DNA from: Candidatus Algichlamydia australiensis
GTDB taxonomy: Bacteria; Chlamydiota; Chlamydiia; Chlamydiales; JAJFMI01
Length of the DNA: 64,000 bases
NCBI GenBank assembly: GCA_033977065.1
Contig: JAXCHI010000002.1
Coordinates: forward strand, 1 to 64,000
Direction of reading: 5' to 3'
Shown here: positions 9,043-19,605 of the stretch, piece after piece
Numbering within the stretch: position 1 is the stretch's first letter
Layout of the letters: each line of letters starts with the position of its first letter
Made by a program: the position numbers and the translations under genes
The notes under the pieces: model-generated
Seen by the model: only the letters and a program-made list of their open reading frames with translations
Database searches by the model: none
What the model was told of the DNA's origin: nothing

Positions 9043-9479
9043 TCGTTGTAAAGAATCGGGTGGGTTTCACTTTTTAATCGGTCACCGGAGGCGTAACCGA
9101 GATTTTTTAACTCTCCTGTAAAGGGATCGTTAGGATGGTACTTAACGACCGCTTTGCGGGTTGTATAGCCAATAATTTTGGCGTTTTTGATTTCATGAAA
9201 AGGGTAGCGGTGGTTGGGAGCGAGGACAAGAACTCTCTCTTCGGTGTAAATGATTGCACAGATGATGGGGCTAATGGAGACAAAGTTTCTTAGGGATTGC
9301 TCTAGTACAGGAAAGGCGTTTTTCGTTCCAATTTTCCATTCAAAAGCAAGGCGCAAGCAGGGCTCTTTGAAGAGCTCTGCTACGATTTGAGGAAGGCTTT
9401 TCTCAGCGACTTCTTCAAATTCAATATAGCCGTTTTCTTCAAAAAAATGTCTTTGATCGCGATCTATTTCGTAGCGCAT
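9039..9479 (-). CDS. Conserved chlamydial hypothetical protein (CT296-like by position next to rnc)
   Basis: Likely start MRYEIDRDQRHFFEENGYIEFEE overlaps the dapL stop. The FFxxNGY pattern is typical of the PhyH-like N-terminus. Confidence 0.6.
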   Translation of the reverse strand: MRYEIDRDQRHFFEENGYIEFEEVAEKSLPQIVAELFKEPCLRLAFEWKIGTKNAFPVLEQSLRNFVSISPIICAIIYTEERVLVLAPNHRYPFHEIKNAKIIGYTTRKAVVKYHPNDPFTGELKNLGYASGDRLKSETHPILYNE

Positions 9480-10588
9480 GAAACTCTCTCCAATCGTTTG
9501 CACACTTCTTTCATATCTTCCTCTTTTGCGAATGTGGAAAAGCGAACAAAGCCCTCTCCACTCTCTCCAAATCCGCAACCTGGAATTGTGACAATGCCAT
9601 ACTCTGCTGCAAGGTGTTCAAAAAATTCCCATGAAGTCTTCCCGGGGGGATTTTGTACAAAAAGGTAGGGGGAATCGACTCCACCAAAGATTTGAAGCCC
9701 CATTTTTTGTAAGGATGCACGCAATCGTTTGGCATTTTCTAAATAAATGGTTACGGCATCTGTTGGTTCGTTTAGCGCTGCAAGTGCTGCTTTTTGAATT
9801 GGATAGGAGACGCCGTTAGATTTAGTCTCTTCGCGCATCTGCCAGAGGTCCCGATAAGGACCGAGCGCTTTAGGAATGACGGTGTAGCTGCAGCGCAGTC
9901 CAGTAAAGCCGTGCGATTTAGAAAAACTTTTTAATTCGATGGCAACTTTTTCGGCTCCCGGAAGTTCATAAATACTTTTCGGCACATTTTCACTATGAGC
10001 GAAGGCGGCGTAAGCGGCATCAAAGATGATATAACTCTTTTTTGCAACGGCGTAATCGACAAAGGCTTGTAGTTGATCGCGGTTCATTGCAATTCCGGTC
10101 GGGTTGGCCGGAGAGCAGAGGTAGAGTAGATCAAAGCGCTCTTGAGGCGGAGTTAAGTTTTGCCAGTTCTGACGGTAGACTTTTTTTCCTGCCATAAGAT
10201 GTGTATCTGCATGGACCGGATAGGTAGGGTCAAAAACAAACACGCTCGCGTTTTCTGCAAAAAGATCGGGTAGGCAGCAGAGATCGCGATTGATGCCGTC
10301 AGAAATAAAAATTTCAGAAGGTGTGAATTGCGGGTACTCTTTTTTTTGAATCGCTTCTCTTAGGAAATCATAACCGCAAGAGGGGCCGTAGCCAATTGCC
10401 TTGCTTCCCATCTCGCTTGCGGCCTCTTGGAGGGCTTTAACAACTTTTTTTGATAGGGGGTATTTAATATCGCCTACACTTAAGTCAATTAGCGGATAAG
10501 GAGAGCGCAGAGAGTCAATCTTCTCCTCAATTAGAGGAAAGATATAGCGTTTTTTAGAGTTTGCTAAGAATTGATTTATGCATCCCAT
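9464..10588 (-). CDS. dapL: LL-diaminopimelate aminotransferase
   Basis: RYIFP, GYGP, IFISDG, LCSPANPTG, FDAAY, SFSKSHGFTGLRCSY, NGVSY and PGCGFG..GEGFVRFS. Confidence 0.92.
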   Translation of the reverse strand: MGCINQFLANSKKRYIFPLIEEKIDSLRSPYPLIDLSVGDIKYPLSKKVVKALQEAASEMGSKAIGYGPSCGYDFLREAIQKKEYPQFTPSEIFISDGINRDLCCLPDLFAENASVFVFDPTYPVHADTHLMAGKKVYRQNWQNLTPPQERFDLLYLCSPANPTGIAMNRDQLQAFVDYAVAKKSYIIFDAAYAAFAHSENVPKSIYELPGAEKVAIELKSFSKSHGFTGLRCSYTVIPKALGPYRDLWQMREETKSNGVSYPIQKAALAALNEPTDAVTIYLENAKRLRASLQKMGLQIFGGVDSPYLFVQNPPGKTSWEFFEHLAAEYGIVTIPGCGFGESGEGFVRFSTFAKEEDMKEVCKRLERVSCATK

Positions 10589-10632
10589 CTCGACAAAAAA
10601 ATTAACTTATTGGAATATAAATAGCAAGTTAT

Positions 10633-11343
10633 ATGGATCCTTTGAAAGTGTTAGATGAGCAATTGCCTGAAATTGAGGCGCGGCTCAAAATTTCTCTTCA
10701 CGATAAAGCCTTACTAAGGCTCGCTTTTGTGCATCGCTCCTTTGCGAACGAATATCGTCGAGAAGGAATGGAGCACAATGAGCGACTAGAATTTTTGGGC
10801 GATGCTGTTTTAGAACTCATTGTCTCTTCCCTGCTTTATCAACTTTTTCCTGATGTTCGTGAAGGGGAACTCTCGCAATTGCGCGCAAAACTTGTGGATG
10901 CGACAGCGTGTCAAGGTTATCTTCGGGCGCTTGGTATCGATGAGTTTTTGCTTCTTGGAAAGGGGGAGCAACTCAATATTGGTAGGGGACGTACGACTCT
11001 TTATTCCGATCTCTTTGAAGCCATTATTGGGGCGATCTATCTCGATAGTGGATTGGAAGGAGCAAGAAATTTCTTTACCACTCACTTTCTCGCTGATGTC
11101 GAACTTATTCGTGAAAAGCCGGAGGAGAATTTCAAAGCAATTTTACAAGATCATACGCAGCGTTTGCATCAAATCCAACCCGACTATGAGTTGCTCAGTG
11201 AAAAGGGGCCTGAGCATGAGAAAGAGTTTGAAATTGAGGTGAAGGTCGAAGGAGAAGTTCTCGGAAGAGGAGTAGGAAACTCCAAAAAAATCGCCCAACA
11301 GATGGCAGCAAAGGAGGCGTGCGAGAAACTTGGCATCAACTAA
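10633..11343 (+). CDS. rnc: Ribonuclease III
   Basis: HNERLEFLGDAVL signature and a C-terminal dsRBD. Confidence 0.98.
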   Translation: MDPLKVLDEQLPEIEARLKISLHDKALLRLAFVHRSFANEYRREGMEHNERLEFLGDAVLELIVSSLLYQLFPDVREGELSQLRAKLVDATACQGYLRALGIDEFLLLGKGEQLNIGRGRTTLYSDLFEAIIGAIYLDSGLEGARNFFTTHFLADVELIREKPEENFKAILQDHTQRLHQIQPDYELLSEKGPEHEKEFEIEVKVEGEVLGRGVGNSKKIAQQMAAKEACEKLGIN

Positions 11344-12709
11344 AGCAAAGACGAAAAAAGAGTGGGGCTGTATTGAGTGTGGCCACACCCAGCCAAAGTG
11401 GACGGGTAGCTGTCCTATGTGTCAGGCGTGGAATACGCTAAAAGAGATGGTGCTGCATCAAGAGGCAGAGGGGCGTTTTGAAGGGAAGAGCACAAGTAAG
11501 CCCGTACGTGTTGGTGAGGTGAGCACAGAAGGCTTCTCTCGTATCCAGACAAAAATTGGGGAGCTCGACCGTCTTTTTGGAGGAGGAGTTGTCATTGGCT
11601 CACTCGCTCTTTTGGGAGGACAACCAGGAATTGGAAAGTCGACTCTTCTTCTGCAGCTAGCTCAAAAATATGCGGAGCAGGGAAAGAGGGTTCTCTATGT
11701 TTGTGGTGAGGAGTCTGCAGAGCAGACTTCGATGCGAGCCAAACGACTTGGCGTTACATCTGAAAATCTCTTTCTTTTTAGTGAAACACTTTTTTCAAGA
11801 ATCAAGGTTGAGGTAGAAAACTTAGAGCCAGATCTTTTAATCGTAGATTCGATTCAGATTGTTTACAAAGCGGAACTGGCCTCACTGCCAGGATCGATAT
11901 CCCAGGTGCGCGAGATCGCGATGGAGTGCATGCACCTGGCAAAACGAAAAAATATTACCACTTTTTTAATTGGTCACGTGACCAAATCGGGCGAAATTGC
12001 GGGACCGCGTGTTTTAGAGCATTTGGTCGATACGGTATTAGAATTCGAAGGAGATCGTCAGCATGGCTATCGGATTTTGCGTTCGATAAAAAATCGTTTT
12101 GGTCCCACAGATGACATCGCGCTTTTTCAAATGGAAAATAATGGTTTGAAAGAGGTGCCCAATCCATCAGAACTCTTTCTACAAGAACGCATGACAAAGC
12201 TTCCAGGGTCTACTATCTCGGCGACAATTGAAGGGTCACGTGCGATTCTAATCGAGGCGCAAGCGCTTGTTGCTCCTTCAAGTTTTTCCACCTCTACTCG
12301 TCGTCAGACCGGAATGGATCAGAATCGCCTTTCGCTACTTCTTGCTGTTTTAGAAAAACGCCTTAGCTACCAGCTTTATAACTTAGATGTCTTTGTCTCC
12401 ATTGCAGGAGGTCTACGGATCAACGAACCTGCGATTGATCTTGCTATTTTACTCGCTCTAGCCTCCTCTTTTCGCAACCTAACTCTCCCAAGCGATCTCA
12501 TTATTATTGGGGAGGTGGGGCTTGGAGGCGAAGTGCGTAGCGTTCCCCGAATTGAAGCGCGCATAAAAGAAGCAATTCAGATGGGCTTTACAAGGGCCAT
12601 CATTCCAAAGAAAAATTTAAAGAGCCTAAAATCCTATGCGGAAAAAATTCGCCTTGTTGGAGTCGAACGCGTAGAAGAGGCCGTTGAAGAAGGAGAAAAA
12701 CATGGCTAA
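11330..12709 (+). CDS. radA: DNA repair protein RadA/Sms
   Basis: C4 zinc finger, Walker [15 protein letters not shown] motif and a Lon-like C-terminus. Confidence 0.97.
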   Translation: MASTKAKTKKEWGCIECGHTQPKWTGSCPMCQAWNTLKEMVLHQEAEGRFEGKSTSKPVRVGEVSTEGFSRIQTKIGELDRLFGGGVVIGSLALLGGQPGIGKSTLLLQLAQKYAEQGKRVLYVCGEESAEQTSMRAKRLGVTSENLFLFSETLFSRIKVEVENLEPDLLIVDSIQIVYKAELASLPGSISQVREIAMECMHLAKRKNITTFLIGHVTKSGEIAGPRVLEHLVDTVLEFEGDRQHGYRILRSIKNRFGPTDDIALFQMENNGLKEVPNPSELFLQERMTKLPGSTISATIEGSRAILIEAQALVAPSSFSTSTRRQTGMDQNRLSLLLAVLEKRLSYQLYNLDVFVSIAGGLRINEPAIDLAILLALASSFRNLTLPSDLIIIGEVGLGGEVRSVPRIEARIKEAIQMGFTRAIIPKKNLKSLKSYAEKIRLVGVERVEEAVEEGEKHG

Positions 12710-13310
12710 ATATACACTACCTGACCTTCCTTATGATTATAGCGCCTTAGAGCCTGTAATTGCTGGAGAAATTATGGAGCTGCACCACTCTAAGCATCAC
12801 AATGGTTATGTGACAAAGTTAAATGAGGCGACAGAAAAGTACGCGGAAGCGGAAGCAAAAGGTGATGTTGCGGTAATGTGCGCAACATTGCAAGCGATCA
12901 AGTTTAACGGTGGTGGACACATCAATCACTCGATCTTTTGGACAAACTTGGCACCACAAAGTGCTGGCGGTGGAGAGCCACCAAAAGGAGCTCTTGCAGA
13001 AGCAATTAACAAAGAGTTTGGTTCACTGGAGCAATTTATTGAAAAATTCAATGCTAAAACAGGCCCTATTCAAGGATCAGGTTGGGGCTGGCTAGGTTTT
13101 TGCCCAGAGAAAAAATCTCTTTGTATCGCCGCATGTGCAAATCAAGATCCCCTTGTAACAGCAGGACTTGTCCCCCTACTTGGGATAGATGTATGGGAGC
13201 ACGCTTATTACCTGCAGTATAAGAATGCACGTCCTGAGTACTTAAAAAATATTTGGAAAGTGGTCAATTGGCAGAATGTAGCGGAGCGCTATGAAAAAGT
13301 CATTCAATGA
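12702..13310 (+). CDS. sodA: Superoxide dismutase (Mn-type signature)
   Basis: [19 protein letters not shown] and [11 protein letters not shown] at 12702 follows an AAGGAG RBS. Confidence 0.93.
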   Translation: MAKYTLPDLPYDYSALEPVIAGEIMELHHSKHHNGYVTKLNEATEKYAEAEAKGDVAVMCATLQAIKFNGGGHINHSIFWTNLAPQSAGGGEPPKGALAEAINKEFGSLEQFIEKFNAKTGPIQGSGWGWLGFCPEKKSLCIAACANQDPLVTAGLVPLLGIDVWEHAYYLQYKNARPEYLKNIWKVVNWQNVAERYEKVIQ

Positions 13311-13335
13311 CAATTATCTACTATTTTGCTATAAT
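13307..13335 (+). promoter_or_regulatory. Putative sigma66/70 promoter for accD-dut-ptsN
   Basis: ATGACA-N17-TATAAT with an extended -10 TG. Confidence 0.55.
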
Positions 13336-13364
13336 AAATAGATAACTTTTTTTGAAGGGATTGC

Positions 13365-14303
13365 ATGGGGCTATTTTCCAGACAGAAACCGAAAATTAAG
13401 GTGCAAACCACTAAGAAAGATGGATTTAGTGGGTGGGTGAAGTGTACACACTGCTCCGAGATGGTCCATGCGAGTGAGTTGCATGAGCAGCATAACTGCT
13501 GTCCTAAGTGTAATTATCACTATAGATTGTCGGCGACACAGCGTGTCTCTTTACTGGCAGATGCGGGAACTTTTCAAGAAATGTTTACTGATTTAAAGCC
13601 TGCCGATCCCTTGCAATTCGTTGATCAAGAGCCCTACCCTGACCGCATCAGGCGCGCCCAAGAAAAAACAGGACGTGATGAAGCAGCAATGGTAGGGATC
13701 TGCGAAATGAAAGGGGAAAAATGCGCTCTAGGTGTGATGGATTTTACCTACATGGGGGGATCGATGGGTTCTGTTGTTGGCGAGCGCCTTACCTCTTTGA
13801 TTGAGTACGCAACGGCAAACACTCTTCCCCTTGTTATCGTTTCTGCTTCTGGCGGTGCACGCATGCAGGAGTCGATTCTTTCACTAATGCAGATGGCAAA
13901 GACATCAAGCGCTCTAGCTCGACATGCAGATGAGGGGCTTCTCTATATCTCTGTTCTAACAAACCCCACAACAGGGGGAGTGACCGCTTCATTTGCTTCA
14001 CTTGGAGATTTGATTATTGCAGAACCAAAAGCTTTGATTGGTTTTGCAGGACCGCGTGTAGTTGAACAGACAACACGTCAAAAACTGCCTGAAGGGGCGC
14101 AAACCTCCGAATTTCTTTTGGAGAAAGGGATGATTGACGGCATCGTTTCTAGATGTGATCTTAAAGAAAAAATTGCATATTTTATGAATTTTTTTACAAA
14201 AATCAAAAGATCATCTTCACAAAAAAATATGTTTCCGAATAAACTGAGGGAGCTACTAGCCCCGCCCTTAAAAGAAGCTGCGGAAAATGTAACAGACGCA
14301 TAA
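13365..14303 (+). CDS. accD: Acetyl-CoA carboxylase carboxyltransferase beta subunit
   Basis: C4 zinc ribbon, GGSMGSVVGE, SGGARMQE and PTTGGV. Confidence 0.98.
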   Translation: MGLFSRQKPKIKVQTTKKDGFSGWVKCTHCSEMVHASELHEQHNCCPKCNYHYRLSATQRVSLLADAGTFQEMFTDLKPADPLQFVDQEPYPDRIRRAQEKTGRDEAAMVGICEMKGEKCALGVMDFTYMGGSMGSVVGERLTSLIEYATANTLPLVIVSASGGARMQESILSLMQMAKTSSALARHADEGLLYISVLTNPTTGGVTASFASLGDLIIAEPKALIGFAGPRVVEQTTRQKLPEGAQTSEFLLEKGMIDGIVSRCDLKEKIAYFMNFFTKIKRSSSQKNMFPNKLRELLAPPLKEAAENVTDA

Positions 14304-14318
14304 TCACAACTTACGTTC

Positions 14319-14765
14319 ATGACAGATAGAATTAAGATATTTGTCCTCACGGAGGATGAAGAACTCATGCCACTTTATGGAAGTGAAGAAGCTGCGGGTG
14401 CGGATGTTCGCGCAGCAATTAAGGAAGAGATGGTAATTGCCCCTGGTGAGTCGCGACTCATTCCTACTGGAATTAGTGTAGAGATCCCACGAGGTTTTGA
14501 AGTACAGGTCCGTCCGCGTAGTGGATTGGCTCTTAAATTCGGAATTACTGTTCTCAACACACCTGGGACCATTGATTCTGATTATCGTGGGGAAATTGGT
14601 GTGATTCTCATTAATCATGGGAAAAAACCATTTACTATTTTGCCAAAGATGCGCATCGCGCAACTTGTCGTGCAAAGAGTTGAGCAGGCAGATTTTTTGC
14701 CAAAAAAAGAGTTAGAAACAAGTGCAAGAGGGGAGGGCGGTTTTGGCCACACGGGTACGCACTAG
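14319..14765 (+). CDS. dut: dUTPase
   Basis: [22 protein letters not shown] and [10 protein letters not shown]. Confidence 0.98.
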   Translation: MTDRIKIFVLTEDEELMPLYGSEEAAGADVRAAIKEEMVIAPGESRLIPTGISVEIPRGFEVQVRPRSGLALKFGITVLNTPGTIDSDYRGEIGVILINHGKKPFTILPKMRIAQLVVQRVEQADFLPKKELETSARGEGGFGHTGTH

Positions 14766-15240
14766 AAGAAAGGCACCGAAGATTGAATTATCTTCGCTAT
14801 TTGATGCACGCGCAGTTTTCTTTCTAGAAGGAGGCTCACGCGATGAAGTTTTAACAACAATGGTAGAAGGGATCAAACAGACTGGTAAAATCAGTAATGA
14901 AAAAACTTTTTTTCAGGCTCTTTTAAAAAGAGAGGAGCTAGTTTCAACGGCTATTGGTTATGGCATTGCAATTCCCCACGCCAAAACAGAAGAGTTGAAC
15001 CATTTTTTTCTCGGGATAGGAATCGTTCAAGATGAAGGAATTGAGTGGGACTCAGACGACCAAATTCCTGTTCGGTTGATTATGTTACTTGGAGGTCCTA
15101 AAAGGGCAGAGAGTCAATATCTTGGGCTTTTATCCCAAACTACAGCTCTTCTTCGCGATCACCGTTTGGACCTCCTTAATGCAAAGACCCCTGAAGAAGT
15201 GGCCCAAGTTGTTGCCGCACAGGAGATTTATGGATCTTGA
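14722..15240 (+). CDS. ptsN: PTS EIIA(Ntr)-like protein (start uncertain, possibly TTG at 14743)
   Basis: [14 protein letters not shown] phospho-His motif. Confidence 0.88.
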   Translation: MQEGRAVLATRVRTRRKAPKIELSSLFDARAVFFLEGGSRDEVLTTMVEGIKQTGKISNEKTFFQALLKREELVSTAIGYGIAIPHAKTEELNHFFLGIGIVQDEGIEWDSDDQIPVRLIMLLGGPKRAESQYLGLLSQTTALLRDHRLDLLNAKTPEEVAQVVAAQEIYGS

Positions 15241-15856
15241 AATCACAGATGTAGCAGCCCTACTAAAAGTTTCAGAAAAAACTATTGAGGATTGGCTTGT
15301 CGCGGGAAAGATTCCCTCCTACCGTCTCGATGGAAAACATCGCTTTTCTCGCATAGAAATCCAAGACTGGATGATGCGCCGGCAACAGGAGGAAAATATA
15401 CCTTCAGGGTCGGATTTTTCTCTCTATAGAGCCCTTTATAGAGGAGAAGTACTTCACGGAGACTTTGGAACTACAAAGGAAAAAATCATTGAAAATGCGA
15501 TGTCAAAGCTTAGCGAGAAGCTTCCGGATCATGTCGGTAATCCTGCACAACTTTTTTTAGAGCGGGAGCGTATGATGTCAACAGCGCTTGGCCGAGGTAT
15601 TGCTGTTCCGCATACCCGTGAATTTTTACTTGAAGGTCCGCATGACATCGTCTCTACAGTTTTTTTGGAGAGACCAGTTGATTGGGGCAGTTTAGATGAA
15701 AAGCCTGTGTCTACACTCTTTTTTTTAATGGCAACATCAGACAAAAGCCACTTGCAACTGCTTGCCCGTATTGCACACCTAGCAAGCAGTCCCAAAACTC
15801 TTACATACCTTGAGAATAAGCCTACTAAATCAGAACTCCTTGCCATTATCAAATAG
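15230..15856 (+). CDS. ptsN: Excisionase-type HTH fused to PTS EIIA(Ntr)
   Basis: N-terminal DVAALLKVSEKTI..W...GKIP...RF HTH, then RE.MMSTALGRGIAVPH. ATG at 15230 follows AGGAG. Confidence 0.88.
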   Translation: MDLEITDVAALLKVSEKTIEDWLVAGKIPSYRLDGKHRFSRIEIQDWMMRRQQEENIPSGSDFSLYRALYRGEVLHGDFGTTKEKIIENAMSKLSEKLPDHVGNPAQLFLERERMMSTALGRGIAVPHTREFLLEGPHDIVSTVFLERPVDWGSLDEKPVSTLFFLMATSDKSHLQLLARIAHLASSPKTLTYLENKPTKSELLAIIK

Positions 15857-15920
15857 AGCATTGATCTGAGATAAGTTCTCCTCAAGCTGTCTAAGAGCGA
15901 AGGGGCTTTTCCAAAATGAA

Positions 15921-18443
15921 TCACTCTTGGTTAGAGCCAGCGAGATCTTCTTTTTCTTCTTCTTCTTTTTCCTCACACTCTTCAAAATCGAGTTCGTTCT
16001 CTTTAACTGTGATTTTGTAAGTGCGAAGTTTTTCAGGATCAAGAAGAAGGCGCTCAGCAAGGGAGTCTTCCAGTTGCTGTTCGATGATGCGGCGCAATGG
16101 TCGCGCTCCCATCTCGGGCTGATAGCCTTTTGTCAGCAGAAGCTCTTTTGCTGGATCGTCAATTTCAATTGTGATCGGAGTGCGCTCCAAGCGTTTTTGT
16201 AGCTTGCCAATCTCAATATCAATAACAGATTTGAGAGTCTCTTTTGAGAGCGCACGGAAAATGACAGTGCTGTCAAGTCGATTGAGAAATTCCGGTTTGA
16301 AATGTTTCTTCATCGCTTTATTGATGCGCTCCTGCATCACTTTGTAGTCGGGAATGCCCTCTTGTTGCACACCAAAACCGACCTCAGTTGTTCGACGAAT
16401 CATATCAGATCCGAGGTTGGAGGTCATGATGATGATCGTGTTGCGGAAGTCAATTTTTCGCCCGAAAGAATCGGAGAGACGCCCCTCTTCTAGAATTTGA
16501 AGGAGAAGGTTCATCACATCGGGATGCGCTTTTTCAACTTCATCAAAAAGAACAACAGAGTAAGGGCGCTGGCGCACTTGCTCGGTGAGCTGGCCACCCT
16601 CTTCATGCCCAACATAGCCGGGAGGAGAGCCTGTAATACGGCTAACTGCAAACTTCTCCATATATTCTGACATGTCGACCTGAATGAGCGCGTCTTCACC
16701 GCCAAACATATTGATCGCAAGTTGGCGTGCAAGTAGAGTTTTTCCTACACCTGTTGGTCCGAGGAAGAGAAAAGCTCCAATAGGGCGATTCGGATCCTTA
16801 ATATCTGCACGCGAGCGTCGAAGGGCTCTGCATACGGCAGTAAGAGCATCGTCTTGCCCGACGATAGTATTTCTAAGATGCTCTTCCATGTGCAGCACTT
16901 TTTGCGATTCTCCTTCAGTGATGCGATTTAGAGGAATCTTTGTCTGTTTTGAAATAATAGCTGCAATGTCTTCTTCATCGACCACTACGCGCTGCTTTGC
17001 CTTGTTTTTCTCCCACTCTGTTTTGACGTTTTGGAGTTTTTCTCGCAGAGTCTTTTCTGAATCGCGCAGTTTCGCTGCACGCTCATACTCCTGATGGCCA
17101 ATTGCGTCCTCTTTCTCCTTTTGGAGACGATCCACTTCCCCCTCCATATCAAGAATATCTTGAGGTTGCTTGCTAGAGATACGCGCTTTTGCTCCTGCCT
17201 CGTCAATGAGATCGATCGCCTTATCTGGGAGAAATCTACCAGTAATATAGCGGTCAGAGAGATAGACCGCAGCATGGATCGCTTGGTCGGTATAGCTGCA
17301 GTTGTGGTGCTCTTCGTATTTTGTTTTTAACCCGCCGAGAATCTCTGTTGCTTCTCCAAGCTGAGGAGGAGGAACAGGAACTCTTTGAAAACGACGCTCA
17401 AGAGCGGCATCTTTTTCAATCTGTTTGCGGAACTCATCGGCAGTTGTCGCGCCAATACATTGGATTTCACCGCGCGAAAGAGCGGGCTTTAAAATATTTG
17501 AAGCATCAATTGCTCCTTCCGCCGCGCCGGCACCCACAATTGTGTGGAGCTCATCAATAAAAAGAAGGATATTTCCCGCTTTTTTGATCTCATCCATCAC
17601 AGCTTTAATGCGCTCTTCAAACTGGCCGCGATACTTTGTTCCAGCAATCATTAGAGTAAGATCTAAGGAGATAAGGCGCTTGTTTGCTAGAATATCTGGC
17701 ACTTCACCGCGTACAATTGCGTGCGCGAGTCCTTCAACAATCGCTGTTTTCCCAACCCCCGCTTCTCCAATTAGGACGGGATTATTTTTGCGACGACGGC
17801 AAAGAATAAGAATAAGACGTTCTACTTCGCCTGCTCTGCCAATAACGGGGTCGAGTTTTGCCTCACGAGCAAGCTCGGTAAGATCGTGACCATAAGCGCG
17901 AAGAGCGGGCGTCTTATCATTAATGCCCATTGAAGGACCGGCGCGCTCTTGAGGGCGAGGACTTTGCGGACCATTGGAGAGCCCCATTGGAGGGAGCTGA
18001 AGATTAAATGTTTCTAACTCTTTGAGGACCTCTTTGCGAACGTCCTTTAAATTAATATTAAGATTTTCTAGAATTTGCGCTGCAACTCCATCAACTTGGC
18101 GAAGAAGAGCAAGAAGGAGGTGTTCGGTGCCAACATAGTTATGGTTAAGAGAGGCTGCTTCTTCATTTGCAAATTCAAAAACTTTTTTTACTTTTCCTGT
18201 GAGCGCGGGATCTCCATATACCTGAATTTCAGGGCCAAAGCCCACAAGGCGCTCTACTTCAGCGAGAACAGTGTCATAATCAAGATTGAGATTTCGGAGA
18301 ACATTAACAGCAATGCCTTGTCCGAGCTTCAGAAGGCCGAGCAGGATGTGTTCGGTACCTAGGTAGTTGTGGTTGAGCTTCTGCGCCTCTTTTTTGGCCA
18401 ACTTAATGACTTGCTTCGCTCTATTCGTAAATTTATCAAACAT
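15921..18443 (-). CDS. clpC: ATP-dependent Clp protease ATPase ClpC
   Basis: Double Clp-N repeat, two NBDs ([16 protein letters not shown]), UVR domain and the VGF ClpP-docking loop. Confidence 0.97.
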   Translation of the reverse strand: MFDKFTNRAKQVIKLAKKEAQKLNHNYLGTEHILLGLLKLGQGIAVNVLRNLNLDYDTVLAEVERLVGFGPEIQVYGDPALTGKVKKVFEFANEEAASLNHNYVGTEHLLLALLRQVDGVAAQILENLNINLKDVRKEVLKELETFNLQLPPMGLSNGPQSPRPQERAGPSMGINDKTPALRAYGHDLTELAREAKLDPVIGRAGEVERLILILCRRRKNNPVLIGEAGVGKTAIVEGLAHAIVRGEVPDILANKRLISLDLTLMIAGTKYRGQFEERIKAVMDEIKKAGNILLFIDELHTIVGAGAAEGAIDASNILKPALSRGEIQCIGATTADEFRKQIEKDAALERRFQRVPVPPPQLGEATEILGGLKTKYEEHHNCSYTDQAIHAAVYLSDRYITGRFLPDKAIDLIDEAGAKARISSKQPQDILDMEGEVDRLQKEKEDAIGHQEYERAAKLRDSEKTLREKLQNVKTEWEKNKAKQRVVVDEEDIAAIISKQTKIPLNRITEGESQKVLHMEEHLRNTIVGQDDALTAVCRALRRSRADIKDPNRPIGAFLFLGPTGVGKTLLARQLAINMFGGEDALIQVDMSEYMEKFAVSRITGSPPGYVGHEEGGQLTEQVRQRPYSVVLFDEVEKAHPDVMNLLLQILEEGRLSDSFGRKIDFRNTIIIMTSNLGSDMIRRTTEVGFGVQQEGIPDYKVMQERINKAMKKHFKPEFLNRLDSTVIFRALSKETLKSVIDIEIGKLQKRLERTPITIEIDDPAKELLLTKGYQPEMGARPLRRIIEQQLEDSLAERLLLDPEKLRTYKITVKENELDFEECEEKEEEEKEDLAGSNQE

Positions 18444-18558
18444 ATTAAACCTTTATTAAAAAACGACACTTCTGCCGGCTTACCCGCCACCAAGTTTATA
18501 GTAAGTTTTTTTAGATTTTTCTACAAATCTTCCCTTATGATAGACTAAGGTCTTCATT

Positions 18559-19266
18559 ATGTGGAACGTACTCGACACAGGAATTCAGACAGCACGAGAG
18601 AACATGGCATTCGACAAAAAATTACTCGAATCCATGTTGCCCGATGATGCCCCTATTCTCCATCTCTACGACTGGCAGCGAGATAGCGCCACCTACGGCT
18701 ATTTTACCAAACCCAAGCACTTTCTCGATATAGCAAAGGCGGAAAGTAGAGGGCTTGATCTTGCTCGTCGCCCAACGGGAGGAGGGATTGTCTTCCACAC
18801 CTTTGACCTCGCTTTTTCCGTCCTTGTCCCGGCAAATCATCCCGGCTATAGTGAAAATACTTTAGAGAATTACGCCTTTGTAAACTCTTTAGTTCAAGAG
18901 GCCATTTTGCCACTGATCCCTGAAGAGAGCGACCTGCTACCGCAAGATCCCGAGCCCCTTGATGAGAGCTCTCGCAACTTTTGCATGGCCAAACCGACAA
19001 TTTTTGACGTGATGATCAAAAGTCGTAAAATTGGTGGAGCTGCCCAGCGCAAAAAAAAGCAGGGCTTCCTTCATCAAGGAACCATTAGCATTATCCCTCC
19101 AAATCAAGAGTTACTAGAAGAGATCTTGCTGCCCGAGACACGTGTTTTAGAGGCGATGAAAAAAAATAGTTTTGCGCTTTTACCTGAAAATCATACTCCA
19201 GGTGAGTTTTTAGAGATGCGTGAAACCCTTAAACAAGAACTGACAAAAATAGTAAAAAGTTTATGA
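18559..19266 (+). CDS. Lipoate-protein ligase / octanoyltransferase family (LplA/LipM-like)
   Basis: NMAFD, RRPTGGGIVFH, KIGGAAQ and HQGT. Confidence 0.9.
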   Translation: MWNVLDTGIQTARENMAFDKKLLESMLPDDAPILHLYDWQRDSATYGYFTKPKHFLDIAKAESRGLDLARRPTGGGIVFHTFDLAFSVLVPANHPGYSENTLENYAFVNSLVQEAILPLIPEESDLLPQDPEPLDESSRNFCMAKPTIFDVMIKSRKIGGAAQRKKKQGFLHQGTISIIPPNQELLEEILLPETRVLEAMKKNSFALLPENHTPGEFLEMRETLKQELTKIVKSL

Positions 19267-19605
19267 GTTTTTTCCGCTATTCATGTTTTCAATTTTTCCA
19301 TGCTTTTGGCCTCTGTACCGGACAAAAATTTTGCCAAGAGGAGCAAAGCGAGCCAAAATCAAATCGAAGCAGCAGCGTTTCGAGCGACGAGTCCATAGCC
19401 CATAGTGCTATGGACGAGGAGGAGAATCGATTTGATAAAGGCGCAGCTCTCCCATTGGTGAAATTTTTGTCCAGTACAGAGGCTTTTGGCCCATTTCTTC
19501 CTCAATTTTTTCGGCCAACTTTTCAAAGTTTACCTCAAAAATTGAGAAAAAACGAACTGAAAATCAAGAAAAAACTTACAAACAGCAACAGCGGGAGAAC
19601 CTCGT
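19263..19605. repeat. Outer ~163-bp imperfect palindrome filling the ligase-proS gap, split by the inner element
   Basis: GAGTTTTTTCCGCTATT pairs with AACAGCGGGAGAACCTC. With the inner element removed, the arms pair up to a loop near 19520. Confidence 0.75.
19311..19481. mobile_element. 171-bp MITE/RPE-like palindromic element, family B
   Basis: 27-bp terminal IR (CTCTGTACYGGACAAAAATTT..CCAA, 24/27 match). Internal stems ATCAAATCGA/TCGATTTGAT and GTCCATAGC/GCTATGGAC. 9-bp direct repeats GCTTTTGGC at 19302-19310 and 19482-19490. Confidence 0.9.

Noticed and set aside
15230..15400. Prophage excisionase
   Set aside because: The HTH is fused in frame to PtsN within the conserved chlamydial accD-dut-ptsN operon, and no phage genes are nearby.
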